In this document: positions 8,488-18,625 of the stretch, one piece after another
How the letters are laid out: each line of letters opens with the position of its first letter
Position numbering within the stretch: the stretch's first letter is position 1
Assembly (NCBI GenBank): GCA_964641225.1
Contig: CAZXKC010000002.1
Location: 52,893-116,892 of the forward strand
Length of the DNA stretch: 64,000 bases
Reading direction: 5' to 3'
Source of the DNA: an uncultured Candidatus Saccharibacteria bacterium
GTDB taxonomy: Bacteria; Patescibacteriota; Minisyncoccia; UBA6257; 1-14-0-10-44-23
The notes under the pieces: generated by a model
What the model saw: the letters and a program-made list of their open reading frames with translations, nothing else
Database searches by the model: none
What the model was told of the DNA's origin: nothing
Translations under genes and position numbers: made by a program

Positions 8488-9123
8488 TCACGAGATAAAG
8501 ACCTCGCGTACGCTTTCTTGCTCATTGTCGTCGAGCAGGCCTCGAATGCTTTCGTAGACGTCGTCCCAGGCTGAACGAAACTCTTCGGGCGTAATTCCGG
8601 CGCGCTTCGAGTCGTACACGCCTATGACATCGCCGTCCTCGGAAATCGATTCGACGAAGGTTGCGCGCTCGACAAGAGCTGCAACTCTGTGATGAGCTGC
8701 GCGAACCCGATCAAGCATCGCTGTGAGTTCTCGATCTGTTCGGTCGCGTCGAAGTCGAGACATGGCGGCGATGAATTTCGGAGGAATATCGCTCGGAACC
8801 TTTCCTTCGATGATCCCAGCCAGGCTTCCATAATAGCGCGCTTCAGCGGCAATCTTTTTCTCTCTGTAATCAACAGAAGCTACCTGCTTGATCTGTACCT
8901 CCGGAGTTGATACTGAGGCGGGCTGCTCCTGAATTTCGGCTTTGACGACCTCTTTCGGGCTTTCTAGATTGCGTGGCCGTGAGGCCGAGCTCGACTTTGC
9001 ATCTGTGCGCACAACCCCGGTCTGCTTGGTGTCCGAGGTCGAATCTACTGGATAGCGGTAGGCGAGTCCGCATACCAAGCCAAACAGGAAGATGAGGCAA
9101 AAACGAACGGATCGACTGAACAT
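8488..9123 (-). CDS. Hypothetical secreted protein on a GC-rich island
   Basis: Signal-peptide-like N-terminus MFSRSVRFCLIFLFGLVCGLA. The ORF is about 57% GC against a 45-50% background. I recognise no motif. Confidence 0.5.
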   Translation of the reverse strand: MFSRSVRFCLIFLFGLVCGLAYRYPVDSTSDTKQTGVVRTDAKSSSASRPRNLESPKEVVKAEIQEQPASVSTPEVQIKQVASVDYREKKIAAEARYYGSLAGIIEGKVPSDIPPKFIAAMSRLRRDRTDRELTAMLDRVRAAHHRVAALVERATFVESISEDGDVIGVYDSKRAGITPEEFRSAWDDVYESIRGLLDDNEQESVREVFIS

Positions 9124-9222
9124 GGCCCCCCTTTTCGTATATATGTCCTGTGTGCAGTAAAAATGCCGAGACCCAGCACAATTAATGCATGTACTCGTAA
9201 GGATCGCAAGTAGTAATGAATA

Positions 9223-10950
9223 TTACTGCTTCGTCTCAATGGCTTGCCCGAGTTCAGGGGAACAGGCGCGGATAAGTAAACCGATGCCGCTAGCGCCATT
9301 ATTAATGCTTTGTACGGCGTAATACGTTTTTGCGGCTGAGCCGATGAGCGGGTCGATCGGTAGCGCGGGTAAATAGGTTGGTACAAAGGTTGGCGCAAGG
9401 TTCAGACAGGCATTTGCGGTTGAGGCGGTGCTAGTTGTATTTACTGTTCCGCTGCCGCTATTTGAGAAGGCGACGTTTTGGAGTGTTGGCCCAAACGACG
9501 AGGTGTCGGTGTCAAAATATGTTTTGTATTGGAAATAGCGATTTACCGGAACATTTGTAAGTGTGAACGACGGGGTAGTTAGGCTGGCGCTGGCAAGGTT
9601 GTCGTAATAGGTTGCCGCAGTGCCGTCTGGTCCGATAAATGTCTCGCCGCTACAGGCGGAGTCGTTGCAGGAGCGTACCTGGTGGCGCAACTTGAGTGCT
9701 CCACGTTTGTAAAAATCTAAGATCTCCGGAGCCGAGAGCGTGCGGTTAAATAATGCAACTTCATCAATAAGGCCGTTGTACCAGGCGCGGTTGCTGCTAA
9801 TCGAGTCGGAGTTGCGACCAATGTCGAGGGCAGCGGTATTGCTGGCCCAGTTTAGCTGGCCATTGACGCGTGCTGTTGCGATATCTTGAACGCCGTTTAC
9901 GTATATAGTTACCGTTGTTGTGTTCCATGTGAGTGCGACGTGATACCACTGACCGCTGATTAAATTAGTCGTGCCCAGAAGTATCTGTTGCGAATTAGTT
10001 GAGCCGTTGTTCCAGCCAAGGTGCACCTTCAGATTGTGTGGCCCGCCGCTGTTTGTTCGAAAAATTTCAATACCATATCCGCCCGGAGTATTTAGGTTGG
10101 CGCCATAGTCTGGCTTGCGAATAACGCCCATACCAGTGTTTGCTGCAAGATTGAGAGTCGGCTGAATCCAGAGCATTACGCTACCACCCGTATTTGGTAA
10201 ATTAAGAGTTGCATTGTTGGCAATTGAAACGTAGTTATTTGATGTGCCGGGCCATGAGAGCGCTTTGTTAAGTTTGCCGGTTGCGTTATAGCCCACAGCG
10301 CCGTTTATCGTGCCGTTATTGGTATTGCCCGAGGTGTCTACGAGCGCGCCGCTTGTTTCGTTGAGGTGCAGCAGCATTCGATTGCCGGTCATCGAGGCAT
10401 TACCTGCAGGGTAGCTGGTTTCTGTGGCGGCTGCGTTTGGCAGTTCTTTATTGTGGGGTGCGCCAGGAGTCCAGCTGATCGTATTCCAGGTTTGGGCTGA
10501 GGCGGCATCTTTAATGCTGCTTGTATAGGTTCCAGTTTTTGCGGTCAGTCCGGCTGCAGTTAAATCAATTGCAGCTATCGGAGTATTCCACTGCGTAGAG
10601 GCATAGGTACCTGAGGCAAAGGTTATGAGGCTATTATCGAGAAATGAATTAATAACTGAGGCGAGCGTATCTGGCCCGCAGATTACGTTGCACGTCGAGG
10701 TTGCCGTGCCCAGCATCTGAAGCGTGGTCGTGACTCCGGCAGGGAAGGCGCCATTTTGTTCTATCGCGTATTGATTGAGAGCGCCCAGAATTTTTTGCAG
10801 ATCTCCGGAGCGCTGCGTGTTGTGTGCGGCACTAAAATTCCGTTTCGGATTAACGGCAATAATCGTAATCGTTGCCAGCATGGCAATAATTCCGATAGTT
10901 ACCAGTACCTCAAGAAGCGTGAAGCCATTTTTAGTTGTGATACTGCGCAT
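9223..10950 (-). CDS. Large type IV pilin/pseudopilin with a LamG/concanavalin-like domain
   Basis: Class III signal with prepilin motif KNGFTLLEVLVTIGIIAMLATITIIAV. The remainder is N/T/G-rich with LamG-like strands (…WYHVALTWN…VTIYVNG…). I chose the Met at 10950 as start rather than the ORF-track start at 11040. Confidence 0.7.
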   Translation of the reverse strand: MRSITTKNGFTLLEVLVTIGIIAMLATITIIAVNPKRNFSAAHNTQRSGDLQKILGALNQYAIEQNGAFPAGVTTTLQMLGTATSTCNVICGPDTLASVINSFLDNSLITFASGTYASTQWNTPIAAIDLTAAGLTAKTGTYTSSIKDAASAQTWNTISWTPGAPHNKELPNAAATETSYPAGNASMTGNRMLLHLNETSGALVDTSGNTNNGTINGAVGYNATGKLNKALSWPGTSNNYVSIANNATLNLPNTGGSVMLWIQPTLNLAANTGMGVIRKPDYGANLNTPGGYGIEIFRTNSGGPHNLKVHLGWNNGSTNSQQILLGTTNLISGQWYHVALTWNTTTVTIYVNGVQDIATARVNGQLNWASNTAALDIGRNSDSISSNRAWYNGLIDEVALFNRTLSAPEILDFYKRGALKLRHQVRSCNDSACSGETFIGPDGTAATYYDNLASASLTTPSFTLTNVPVNRYFQYKTYFDTDTSSFGPTLQNVAFSNSGSGTVNTTSTASTANACLNLAPTFVPTYLPALPIDPLIGSAAKTYYAVQSINNGASGIGLLIRACSPELGQAIETKQ

Positions 10951-11595
10951 ACTCCTAGTATAGCGCACGCACGTTATCGGTGAGCGCCTTCGTCCAGGAT
11001 GTTCGAACCTTTTGTCTCGATCCGAAGAACAGAGAGGCAATCGAAATGATGAGGGGCATGTTGAGGAGGATGGGCGGCAAGAGTGATCACTGCAAAGGCG
11101 CCTGAATGGCTGAGGGTCTCACAGAGTGAGACCCTTGTGGCGCGACGGGCATTGCCCGCGCAAACTTGCCACGCGGGCCTCGGCGGTTGTCACCCTAGTA
11201 ACTTGCCCATGCAGTACCACGGGCTGTCGAGTGACGGTTGCCGGTGCCAGACCTACTGTATCATTGTCATTCTCGCGCCGCAAACATCAGGGCTGTAGTG
11301 CCCTGTCTCTCTTCCGCAATCGTCTGAACCATGGCACTCTGTAGCGATGCAACTAACCGATGAGGACATCCGCAAGTTCCGGCAGATATGGAAAGAGGAG
11401 TTCAATGAAGAGATTACAGAAGGCTACACACGCCAGCGCGCAATAGCCGTACTCGAAATGATGGTGTTGATGCTTAAGCACCAGGCGAAACAGAGTTCAC
11501 CAAGTTCACAGAGTTCAGGAAGCGAGGAGTGATGTGGGTTGAAGCGATGAACTTCGGTGGTGAACACTGGACTTGAAGTTCACCAGAAACTCGAA

Positions 11596-11634
11596 GGCCG
11601 CCCGGTGGACGACATTCGAGTCGTGAGGGCGGCC
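11596..11634. terminator. Bidirectional GC hairpin
   Basis: ggccgcccggtggacgacattcgagtcgtgagggcggcc lies between convergent small ORFs. Confidence 0.4.
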
Positions 11635-11649
11635 CATGCTCTCTGGTCA

Positions 11650-11922
11650 TCAGGAAGTAGGCTCCGGGTTCTTGATCTTCTCCTTCGCCCCGATGAAAAC
11701 GAGGCTGAAGATCACGATCCAGAGGGCGATACCCAAGATGGCGCTCACAAGTTCGTTCGATCGCAGTTCCATCCACGATTGCAGAGCGAACACCCCGAGC
11801 AGTCCCAGGGTGATGACAGGCAGATTGCGTCTGCTGTCTCCGTAGAAGAAGAGTACGAAGCTGATCAGAAGGATCACCATGCAGGCGATGAACTCAGTAA
11901 TCGTAAGATCGGAGCGAGACAT
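11650..11922 (-). CDS. Small membrane protein (~90 aa)
   Basis: RBS aaaggggttcataATG, then MSRSDLTITEFIACMVILLISFVLFFYGD… with two TM helices. The ORF-track start at 12042 is probably too long. Confidence 0.35.
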   Translation of the reverse strand: MSRSDLTITEFIACMVILLISFVLFFYGDSRRNLPVITLGLLGVFALQSWMELRSNELVSAILGIALWIVIFSLVFIGAKEKIKNPEPTS

Positions 11923-12138
11923 TATGAACCCCTTTCTTGAGGCGCCGAAAACGTTCGGCTCGGCCCAACTCTCTAGACTTGTTATATAAGAGCACTGACT
12001 AGTGAAAATTGCAAATGGCGGCGATGTTGCCGATTGCGGCAAACCGCTACTGCTATCGGGCGAAAGCAGAGCGAGCTAAACTGGCCGCGAACCCTGAAAG
12101 GATGGGTGGAGTTGAAGTTTGCCGGAGTCGGCTATATG

Positions 12139-12209
12139 AGCGGGTAACGGGAGTCGAACCCGTGTTTTGACCTTGGCAAGGTCACATAATACCGTTATAT
12201 GATACCCGC
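12139..12209 (-). tRNA. tRNA-Gly (GCC)
   Basis: Minus strand: acceptor GCGGGTA/TACCCGC, anticodon stem TGACC/GGTCA with loop TTGCCAA, T-arm ACGGG-TTCGACT-CCCGT, discriminator T. Confidence 0.85.
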
Positions 12210-12291
12210 ATACGCTCTATGGCGGGCAAGCCCGCCGCGTAGGTTTCGTCAATTATTGTATTCGAAATAGCCCTCTGTTGCAAGCGCGGTC

Positions 12292-12504
12292 TTATTTAAG
12301 TGAGGGTGGTGCAGAGGTGGGACCAGTAACGTGTGGTGCGCCTATTGGGCCAACAAAGTCGTCTACGGGTACGGTCTGTCTCTGCGCGGTAGGCGAGACA
12401 AGTCCGCTGAATACGGGGGCAAGATAGAGCAGAATCATACCGAGTGCGACGAAAAAGATAACTACGCCCTTAAGAAATTTCTTACTGCCTTTTGTGAGTG
12501 CCAT
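12292..12504 (-). CDS. Small membrane protein
   Basis: 70 aa with one TM helix (VVIFFVALGMILLYLAPVF). Confidence 0.35.
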   Translation of the reverse strand: MALTKGSKKFLKGVVIFFVALGMILLYLAPVFSGLVSPTAQRQTVPVDDFVGPIGAPHVTGPTSAPPSLK

Positions 12505-12748
12505 AAAATGAGTATAACAGATTTGTAAAAAAATATGATCACAGCACTGCGACGCCTTCTCCGCGCGAGTACGCGCTCCGCGGTGTGCGCCTTGATGCTC
12601 GTTTTAGTTGCGTCTGCCTACCGGTAGGCAGGCCTGTCGCGGCGCAAAGGTTGCATCAAGGGCAGATATGCAAAGACCCACTGCCTCACGCAGCGGGTCT
12701 TGTACAGGTATTAGTATACCACGAATTCTAAAGAGGGGGCTGTGGAAA

Positions 12749-13024
12749 CTATTTCACAGCGTCTTTGAGGAGCTTACCAGCCTTAAATTTAGGAACCTTT
12801 GATGCAGCGATCTGGATTTTGGCTCCGGTTTTCGGGTTAACACCGGCGCGAGCGGCGCGCTTTGCAACCTTAAAGGTACCAAAGCCGGTGATACCGACCT
12901 CGTCGCCTTTCTTGAGTGCGGTGGTAATCGTATCAAAGAACCATTCAACGATCTCGCCAGCTTGTTTTTTTGTCTCAAGACCTGCTCCTTTGTAGAGCGC
13001 TTCAACCATGTCGTCCTTCTTCAT
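12749..13024 (-). CDS. hup: HU-family nucleoid DNA-binding protein
   Basis: MKKDDMVEAL…GFGTFKVAKRAARAGVNPKTGAKIQI matches the HU signature GFGxFxxxxRxARxGRNPxTGxxIxI. Confidence 0.9.
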   Translation of the reverse strand: MKKDDMVEALYKGAGLETKKQAGEIVEWFFDTITTALKKGDEVGITGFGTFKVAKRAARAGVNPKTGAKIQIAASKVPKFKAGKLLKDAVK

Positions 13025-13127
13025 AGAAATTATTTTTAATTTAGTAATGCTGGAATTATACACGAGGCCTTAGAAAACAAGCAATAGCGCGGATTTATGG
13101 CTGTGAATATCTTGTATTAAAAATAAT

Positions 13128-13164
13128 CCGGGCGGCACCAGCTGGTGCCGCCCGGATTAAAATC
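13128..13164. terminator. Rho-independent terminator, bidirectional
   Basis: ccgggcggcaccagctggtgccgcccgg is flanked by A/T runs on both sides. Confidence 0.6.
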
Positions 13165-13209
13165 ATTTTTTATCTTTATCTCGCGTACCAGGTAGTAGCG
13201 ACGCAAGCA

Positions 13210-13473
13210 TTAGTTTGGTTCGCGTAATTGTTCGCGCAACATTCTTTTGATTGCCCATGCGCCCTGACTTGTTTTCAGGTATCGTTCTCTGCGCCGAGCG
13301 TCTTCTTCGTTGCGATGCCCTTCAAAATAAATAACTTTCCATGGCGCATAGGGCGCAGTTGATTTGTTTTCTTTACGATTATGTTCTTCTAGGCGACGTT
13401 TCAAGTCGGTCGTAAGGCCAACATACAGCCCACGGTCTTTATTCATTAAGACATACACCGTGAAAAACATCAT
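13210..13473 (-). CDS. Small GIY-YIG nuclease-superfamily protein (YhbQ/UPF0213-like)
   Basis: FFTVYVLMNKDRGLYVGLTTDLKRRLEEHN carries the GIY…YVG…R…E motifs. Confidence 0.7.
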   Translation of the reverse strand: MMFFTVYVLMNKDRGLYVGLTTDLKRRLEEHNRKENKSTAPYAPWKVIYFEGHRNEEDARRRERYLKTSQGAWAIKRMLREQLREPN

Positions 13474-13489
13474 CGCACTTGCGTCGTCA

Positions 13490-15016
13490 CTACCTGGCGT
13501 ACTCAACTGCTCGAGTTTCGCGAATCACGTTGACTTTGATTTCACCCGGATACTTCATGTCCGTTTGAATTTTGTTTGCGATGTTACGTGCCATGTCGAG
13601 CGCGGCAAAGTCATCGATCTTTTCTGGAATTACGAATACGCGGATTTCGCGGCCGGCTGAAAGAGCGTAGGCCTGCTTAACTCCTTCAAACTTGCTCGTT
13701 ATTTCTTCCAGATCTTTAAGGCGCTTAATATATTGCTCGACGGTGTCGCGGCGAGCACCTGGGCGAGCAGCCGAGAGAATGTCGGCCATCGTAACGATGT
13801 ACGCCTCAGGCGAGGAGAATGGGTAGTCCTCGTGATGGCTTTCCATAGCAGTGATAACGGCCTGCTCTACGCCGTATTTAGCCAAAATTTTGCGACCAAG
13901 TTCAACGTGCGTACCTTCAACTTCGTGGCTGATTGCTTTGCCAATGTCATGGACAAGTGCGCCTTTTTTGGCGATATCAACATTAACGCCGAGTTCGCGG
14001 GCGACCATGCCGGCAATGTGGGCCATTTCAACTGAGTGCAAAAGCACGTTCTGACCATAGCTGGTGCGGAAGTGCAGGCGACCCAAAAGCTGGAGAATTT
14101 CCTTTGGAAAACCAGTAATACCGACTTCAAGCGTGGCCTGTTCGCCGATTTCCTGCATGCGGCGGATGAGCTCTGTTTTACAAGCCTCGACGGTTTCTTC
14201 GATGCGAGCAGGCTGAATGCGGCCGTCTTTAATCATTTTGTCGAGCGTCATACGCGCGATCTCGCGACGAAGGGGATCAAATGACGAAAGAATGATTGAC
14301 TCCGGTGCCTCGTCGATAATAATTTCAACACCCGTAGCTCGTTCAAGCGCCTTAATGTTGCGACCCTCGCGGCCGATGATTTTTCCTTTAATATCTTCTG
14401 ACGGCAGGTGGAATACTGAGGTGGTAACATCAGCAACCTGGCTGCGCGCGTAGCGCATCAGTGCGGTCGTGATAATTTCCGAGGTTTTCTTTTCAATTTC
14501 ATCGCGACGTTCGTGTTCTACTTTTTGAATCGTGGCGACCATGTCGGCCTTGTAGCGCTCCGTAATGTCTTTAATAATCATCGACTTTGCCTCCTCAGCC
14601 TTCATGCCGGTGATTTTTTCCAGGTGAGCGACGGCTTTGGCGTGTGTTGCGTCTGCGTCTGCTTTAAGAGAATCAACTTTTTTCAGCTCCTCCTGAAGCT
14701 TTGTTTCTCGAGAGGTGATATTGCTCGACTGTGATTCAAGGGTCTCTTCGCGCTTAATAAGGCGCTCCTCAGTTTTGTTGAGCTTTTCCGTGCGATCGCG
14801 TTCGGCTTTTTGACTCTCATTAAGAACCTCGGCCGCTTTTAATTTTGCGTCGGCAACAAGATGCTCGGCCTTTTTCTCTGCCTCGGCAAGCTTAACTTTT
14901 ATTTCTGCATCAACTGACGCTGCTGTCTTGCTGCTACGTGATTTACTGACAAAGAAGCCCGCCGCCGCTCCGACAACTAAAAATACCCAAACCAGTGGGT
15001 TGGAGAGAAAGTTCAT
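13490..15016 (-). CDS. rny: Ribonuclease Y
   Basis: N-terminal TM helix, a long coiled coil, a KH region (IIGREGRNIKALE), and an HD domain (HSVEMAHIAGMVARELG…VHDIGKA). Confidence 0.9.
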   Translation of the reverse strand: MNFLSNPLVWVFLVVGAAAGFFVSKSRSSKTAASVDAEIKVKLAEAEKKAEHLVADAKLKAAEVLNESQKAERDRTEKLNKTEERLIKREETLESQSSNITSRETKLQEELKKVDSLKADADATHAKAVAHLEKITGMKAEEAKSMIIKDITERYKADMVATIQKVEHERRDEIEKKTSEIITTALMRYARSQVADVTTSVFHLPSEDIKGKIIGREGRNIKALERATGVEIIIDEAPESIILSSFDPLRREIARMTLDKMIKDGRIQPARIEETVEACKTELIRRMQEIGEQATLEVGITGFPKEILQLLGRLHFRTSYGQNVLLHSVEMAHIAGMVARELGVNVDIAKKGALVHDIGKAISHEVEGTHVELGRKILAKYGVEQAVITAMESHHEDYPFSSPEAYIVTMADILSAARPGARRDTVEQYIKRLKDLEEITSKFEGVKQAYALSAGREIRVFVIPEKIDDFAALDMARNIANKIQTDMKYPGEIKVNVIRETRAVEYAR

Positions 15017-15220
15017 AAGTGATAAGGTCCCGTATGATATTCGTAGTCAAATAAGTGACCATGAAGGCAAAAGGGATGTAAGAATTAGCTAAATAATTAG
15101 AAAACTATCTTCATTAGTATACGCACTATATCAGAAAATGGCAATTGACAAATTTCTAGTATATAGTGATATTGGTTGCGGTTCTTTGATTTCTTAATTC
15201 AACCAAAAGGGAGGTGGTTT

Positions 15221-16372
15221 GTGTCTCGAACAAGAGGCAATTCGCTTCCGGCGGCTGTTGTTGCTGAGTGCGAAGAGTTGATCATTCAGTTTCGCGAGCA
15301 AGGACTCAAATTGCACGAAATTGGCGAAGAGCTCGGGATGACCAAAAACAGAGTTGGTCAAATGGCCGCCCGACTGATTCGGGAGGGGCGCTTGAAGTCA
15401 AAGTGGAGCACGTTTTGCGGTGAAGCTAGCGACCTAACGTTTCGTGAGAGGCTTCAAGGGCGCGATAGCAAGATTGTCGCTTTTGTAGCAGAAGGGCTTT
15501 GCGTTTCAGAGATCGCAGTGCGGCTCGGCCTTGCCTATAGTGGCGTGTATTCTGCTGTCCGGGGGCTTGTTCAAAGAGGATGTATACCCAAGCCAAAGTC
15601 AAAGCGGGGGTGGTACACGAGGAGCGGAAGGCCCTCTTTCGAGGAGAGAAACAAGGGGTCGATCGCGGTCATAATTGCGATGAAAAAGCAACGCGTAACT
15701 ACTAGAGAGATTGCTGGTGTCCTTAGAATTAGTTGTCGGCGCGTTCGGGAGCTTGCCGGAGAAATTTTGCAGTTGCGCGGTCCGGATATTTTCAAGCCAG
15801 ATGAAGCGCTTTGGATCGCCAAGGAGCTTTGTAGGATCACCGGATGTACTCCGGAATTTCTCAGGAATCTCTGTAAGCGAGGACTTATCCCATTCAGGCA
15901 AGACGACCCCGAAGGTCAGAGGATCTTCAATCAGGAGAGCTTGGTGGCTTTGGTGAAGCGGATGGAGGAGATTGGTCCTAGGAAGCGGGCCTGCCTCGCT
16001 TGTAAGACTGAATTCGTCGGTCGAGCTAATTTTTGCACTGTACGGTGCAAAAATCGTCATCGGTATCTGACCAGAGGAGAGTGGCAACCAGATTGTTCTC
16101 ATGGTTGGCGAAAGATTCTTTGGGAAAGGTTGCAGGGGTACGTTATTTCCGAAGCTGAAGATTGGATCGGTCTGACCGAAGCAGCTCAGCGTGCGGGGCT
16201 GAGTAAAAATCAATTGCTCTATCTTGAGGATATCGCAATTGTCGTGACTAGCCCGCATCCGAATAGGTTATGGTGTGGTCGACCGAAAAAAATGTACGCC
16301 GCAAGTCAAATGGCAATCATCAAGGAGGTGCACCAGCAGTTTCAGAAAAAACCAAGCTCATCTGCGAGCTAG
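15221..16372 (+). CDS. Multi-HTH regulatory protein with a C-terminal Cys-rich, zinc-ribbon-like segment
   Basis: RBS gggaggtg, then a GTG start. At least three HTH-like modules are present: LKLHEIGEELGMTKNRVGQMAARL, LCVSEIAVRLGLAYSGVYSAVRGL, VTTREIAGVLRISCRRVRELAGEI. The Cys-rich segment reads CLACKTEF…CTVRCKNRH. GC content is elevated. Confidence 0.5.
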   Translation: MSRTRGNSLPAAVVAECEELIIQFREQGLKLHEIGEELGMTKNRVGQMAARLIREGRLKSKWSTFCGEASDLTFRERLQGRDSKIVAFVAEGLCVSEIAVRLGLAYSGVYSAVRGLVQRGCIPKPKSKRGWYTRSGRPSFEERNKGSIAVIIAMKKQRVTTREIAGVLRISCRRVRELAGEILQLRGPDIFKPDEALWIAKELCRITGCTPEFLRNLCKRGLIPFRQDDPEGQRIFNQESLVALVKRMEEIGPRKRACLACKTEFVGRANFCTVRCKNRHRYLTRGEWQPDCSHGWRKILWERLQGYVISEAEDWIGLTEAAQRAGLSKNQLLYLEDIAIVVTSPHPNRLWCGRPKKMYAASQMAIIKEVHQQFQKKPSSSAS

Positions 16373-16382
16373 GTTCGCGAGA

Positions 16383-16414
16383 GAGGTCGTGTCTTCGGAT
16401 GCGACCTCTTTTCG
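16383..16414 (+). terminator. Rho-independent terminator
   Basis: gaggtcg-tgtcttcggatg-cgacctc followed by ttttcg. Confidence 0.6.
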
Positions 16415-16441
16415 TTATCTGAAAATGCTATACTTGTAGCC

Positions 16442-18004
16442 ATGGCTGATAAACCGATGTTGGTACTGGCGATCTTAGATGGCTGGGGAGTGGGTAGAAA
16501 GGATTTTACGAATCCGCTGGCTAAGGCGACACTGACAACAATTCCGTACCTTGAACAGCACTATCTGAGCGGCTCACTGCAGGCCTCGGGTATTGCAGTT
16601 GGCTTGCCCTGGACCGAGGTGGGCAACTCCGAGGTGGGGCATTTAACCATTGGCGCCGGCAAGGTGCTCTATCAACACTACCCGCGCATTACATTGGCGA
16701 TTGAACGTGGAGAGTTTCAAAAAAATTCTGTCTTTGTAGAGGCATTTGAGCACGTGAAGAAACATAGCTCTGCCTTAAACATAGCCAGCTTGTTAACCGA
16801 AGGGGCAATTCATGCCGCCTTTGATCATCTTGCAGCACTGATTCAGGCAGCGGCTGATAATGGAGTGAAGCAGGTTAATCTCCATTTATTTGCCGACGGT
16901 AAAGATAGTCGGCCGCATTCTGTTATATCGCTGCTTACAAAATTGCGCGATGTGACGGCTGCTGCCGGCGTTGGCACACTGGCGAGTCTCTCCGGGCGTC
17001 ATTTCGCACTTGATCGCGACAGTCATTACGACCGGACGCAAAAAGCCTATGATGCGATGGTGGGAACCATACCGGTTACCGATAAACCGGTTGAGTCGCT
17101 CATAAATACATTTTATGAAATTGATCAGAGCGATGAGTATTTTTTGCCGGTTGCGCTTGCTCCAAGCGGGCACTCTGTGGGGGATAACGATGCGCTGATT
17201 TTTTGCGATTTTCGCGAGGACTCAATTCGTCAGATCGCCGCTGCGTTTATAGAACCCGCATTTGATAAGTTTCCGGTGAAAAAATTTACTAATCTGTTTG
17301 TGGCGACGATGACCGAGTATACAAAGCATTTTAATGTGCCGGTCGCATTTCCGCCTGAGGATATTACGATGCCGCTCGGTAAGGTGCTCGCAGACGCACA
17401 GCTCAAGCAGTTGCTGATTGCGGAGACAGAAAAATATGCTCACGTGACGTATTTTTTCAACGGATATCGCGACGAAACTTTTAATGGCCAGACAAAAGTA
17501 CTTATTCCATCGCGCAACGTTGAGCGTCATGACCTCGAGCCGGAGATGATGGCGCAGACTATTGCCGACCGCGTTGTTGATGCGCTTACCAAGCATACCT
17601 ATGACGTCATTGTTCTGAACTTTGCTAATGCCGACATGATTGCACACACCGGCAATTTTAATGCCGCGATTACCGCCGCGCAGACCGTTGATGAGCAGCT
17701 GGGCAGAATCGTCAAAGCCTGCGAAGAGACCGATAGTTATCTTGTGGTGACCGCCGATCACGGCAACGTTGAGGTGATGCTTGATGTAATGACGGGGAAC
17801 CCGGAAACGTCTCATGATCCAAGCCCGGTGCCGCTGTATATTCTTGGGCCGGAATTTAAACATGCCGCCGCCGCTTCTGGGGTCTCTGCTGAAGGAGCAA
17901 TTGGCATCCTCTCTGACGTCGCTCCAACGATTTTGGAATTACTCGCACTTAAAAAACCAAACGAGATGACCGGTCAAAGTCTGCTCGGACTTTTAAAGTC
18001 ATAA
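16442..18004 (+). CDS. gpmI: 2,3-bisphosphoglycerate-independent phosphoglycerate mutase
   Basis: The N-terminus LVLAILDGWG and overall length (520 aa) are typical of iPGM. Confidence 0.85.
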   Translation: MADKPMLVLAILDGWGVGRKDFTNPLAKATLTTIPYLEQHYLSGSLQASGIAVGLPWTEVGNSEVGHLTIGAGKVLYQHYPRITLAIERGEFQKNSVFVEAFEHVKKHSSALNIASLLTEGAIHAAFDHLAALIQAAADNGVKQVNLHLFADGKDSRPHSVISLLTKLRDVTAAAGVGTLASLSGRHFALDRDSHYDRTQKAYDAMVGTIPVTDKPVESLINTFYEIDQSDEYFLPVALAPSGHSVGDNDALIFCDFREDSIRQIAAAFIEPAFDKFPVKKFTNLFVATMTEYTKHFNVPVAFPPEDITMPLGKVLADAQLKQLLIAETEKYAHVTYFFNGYRDETFNGQTKVLIPSRNVERHDLEPEMMAQTIADRVVDALTKHTYDVIVLNFANADMIAHTGNFNAAITAAQTVDEQLGRIVKACEETDSYLVVTADHGNVEVMLDVMTGNPETSHDPSPVPLYILGPEFKHAAAASGVSAEGAIGILSDVAPTILELLALKKPNEMTGQSLLGLLKS

Positions 18005-18008
18005 CGGT

Positions 18009-18581
18009 ATGCCAGAGAAGACGCTCATGCAAAAAATTTTTACGATGCGGCACATGGCGTATTTTGTGCTCGTCGCGTTTATTATCGTCGCGTCATATCT
18101 CTTAGTTGTCTCCGGTGTGCTCGACAAATGGGCGGCGCTGGGCGGCTGGTGGTTGATCCTCATGACCTTTGTGGGAGGACTGTGCTTTACCTCATTTTCA
18201 ACCACGCCGTTATCAGTAGCAATTTTTGTGGTGCTCGCGCGTGATGGCAACGTGCCGCTCTATCAAATCGCACTCTTAGGAGGCTTTGGGGCAATGCTGG
18301 GCGACGCCGGCTTGATAAGCACTGTGAAGATGAGTATTCTCGATGATTTGTTCGAATACTTTGTCCGTAAAACGCATGGAGCATTTGCTCAGTTCGCCAT
18401 AAAGCCCATTGTTCGTGTACTGGCGGTGGTACTAGGTGCGCTCGTGATTGCCTCGCCGCTACCTGACGAGGTTGGTTTGTCGATGATGGGTATGACGCAG
18501 TTGCCAATGCGTTACATTATGCTTGTCTCATTTGTGATCAATTCCGCGGCCATTGCCGGAATTATTTATTTTGTGCGATAA
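18009..18581 (+). CDS. Polytopic membrane protein of unknown function
   Basis: 190 aa with four or five TM helices, immediately downstream of gpmI. Confidence 0.5.
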   Translation: MPEKTLMQKIFTMRHMAYFVLVAFIIVASYLLVVSGVLDKWAALGGWWLILMTFVGGLCFTSFSTTPLSVAIFVVLARDGNVPLYQIALLGGFGAMLGDAGLISTVKMSILDDLFEYFVRKTHGAFAQFAIKPIVRVLAVVLGALVIASPLPDEVGLSMMGMTQLPMRYIMLVSFVINSAAIAGIIYFVR

Positions 18582-18625
18582 GAGAAACCTGTACGAAAGT
18601 ACGAATCTCGACGTATAATTGGTGC

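Noticed and set aside
9045-9398. Overlapping ORFs 8870..9181- and 9045..9398- near the pilin gene 3' end
   Set aside because: They overlap better-supported genes in alternative frames, and their composition is not protein-like.
11040-11346. Small ORFs (11083..11298, 11126..11344) in the GC-rich stretch upstream of 11347
   Set aside because: They overlap one another in two frames within hairpin-rich GC-rich DNA. This is more likely non-coding island sequence. Only the 11347..11532 ORF (61 aa, acidic) might be real, and it lacks an RBS.
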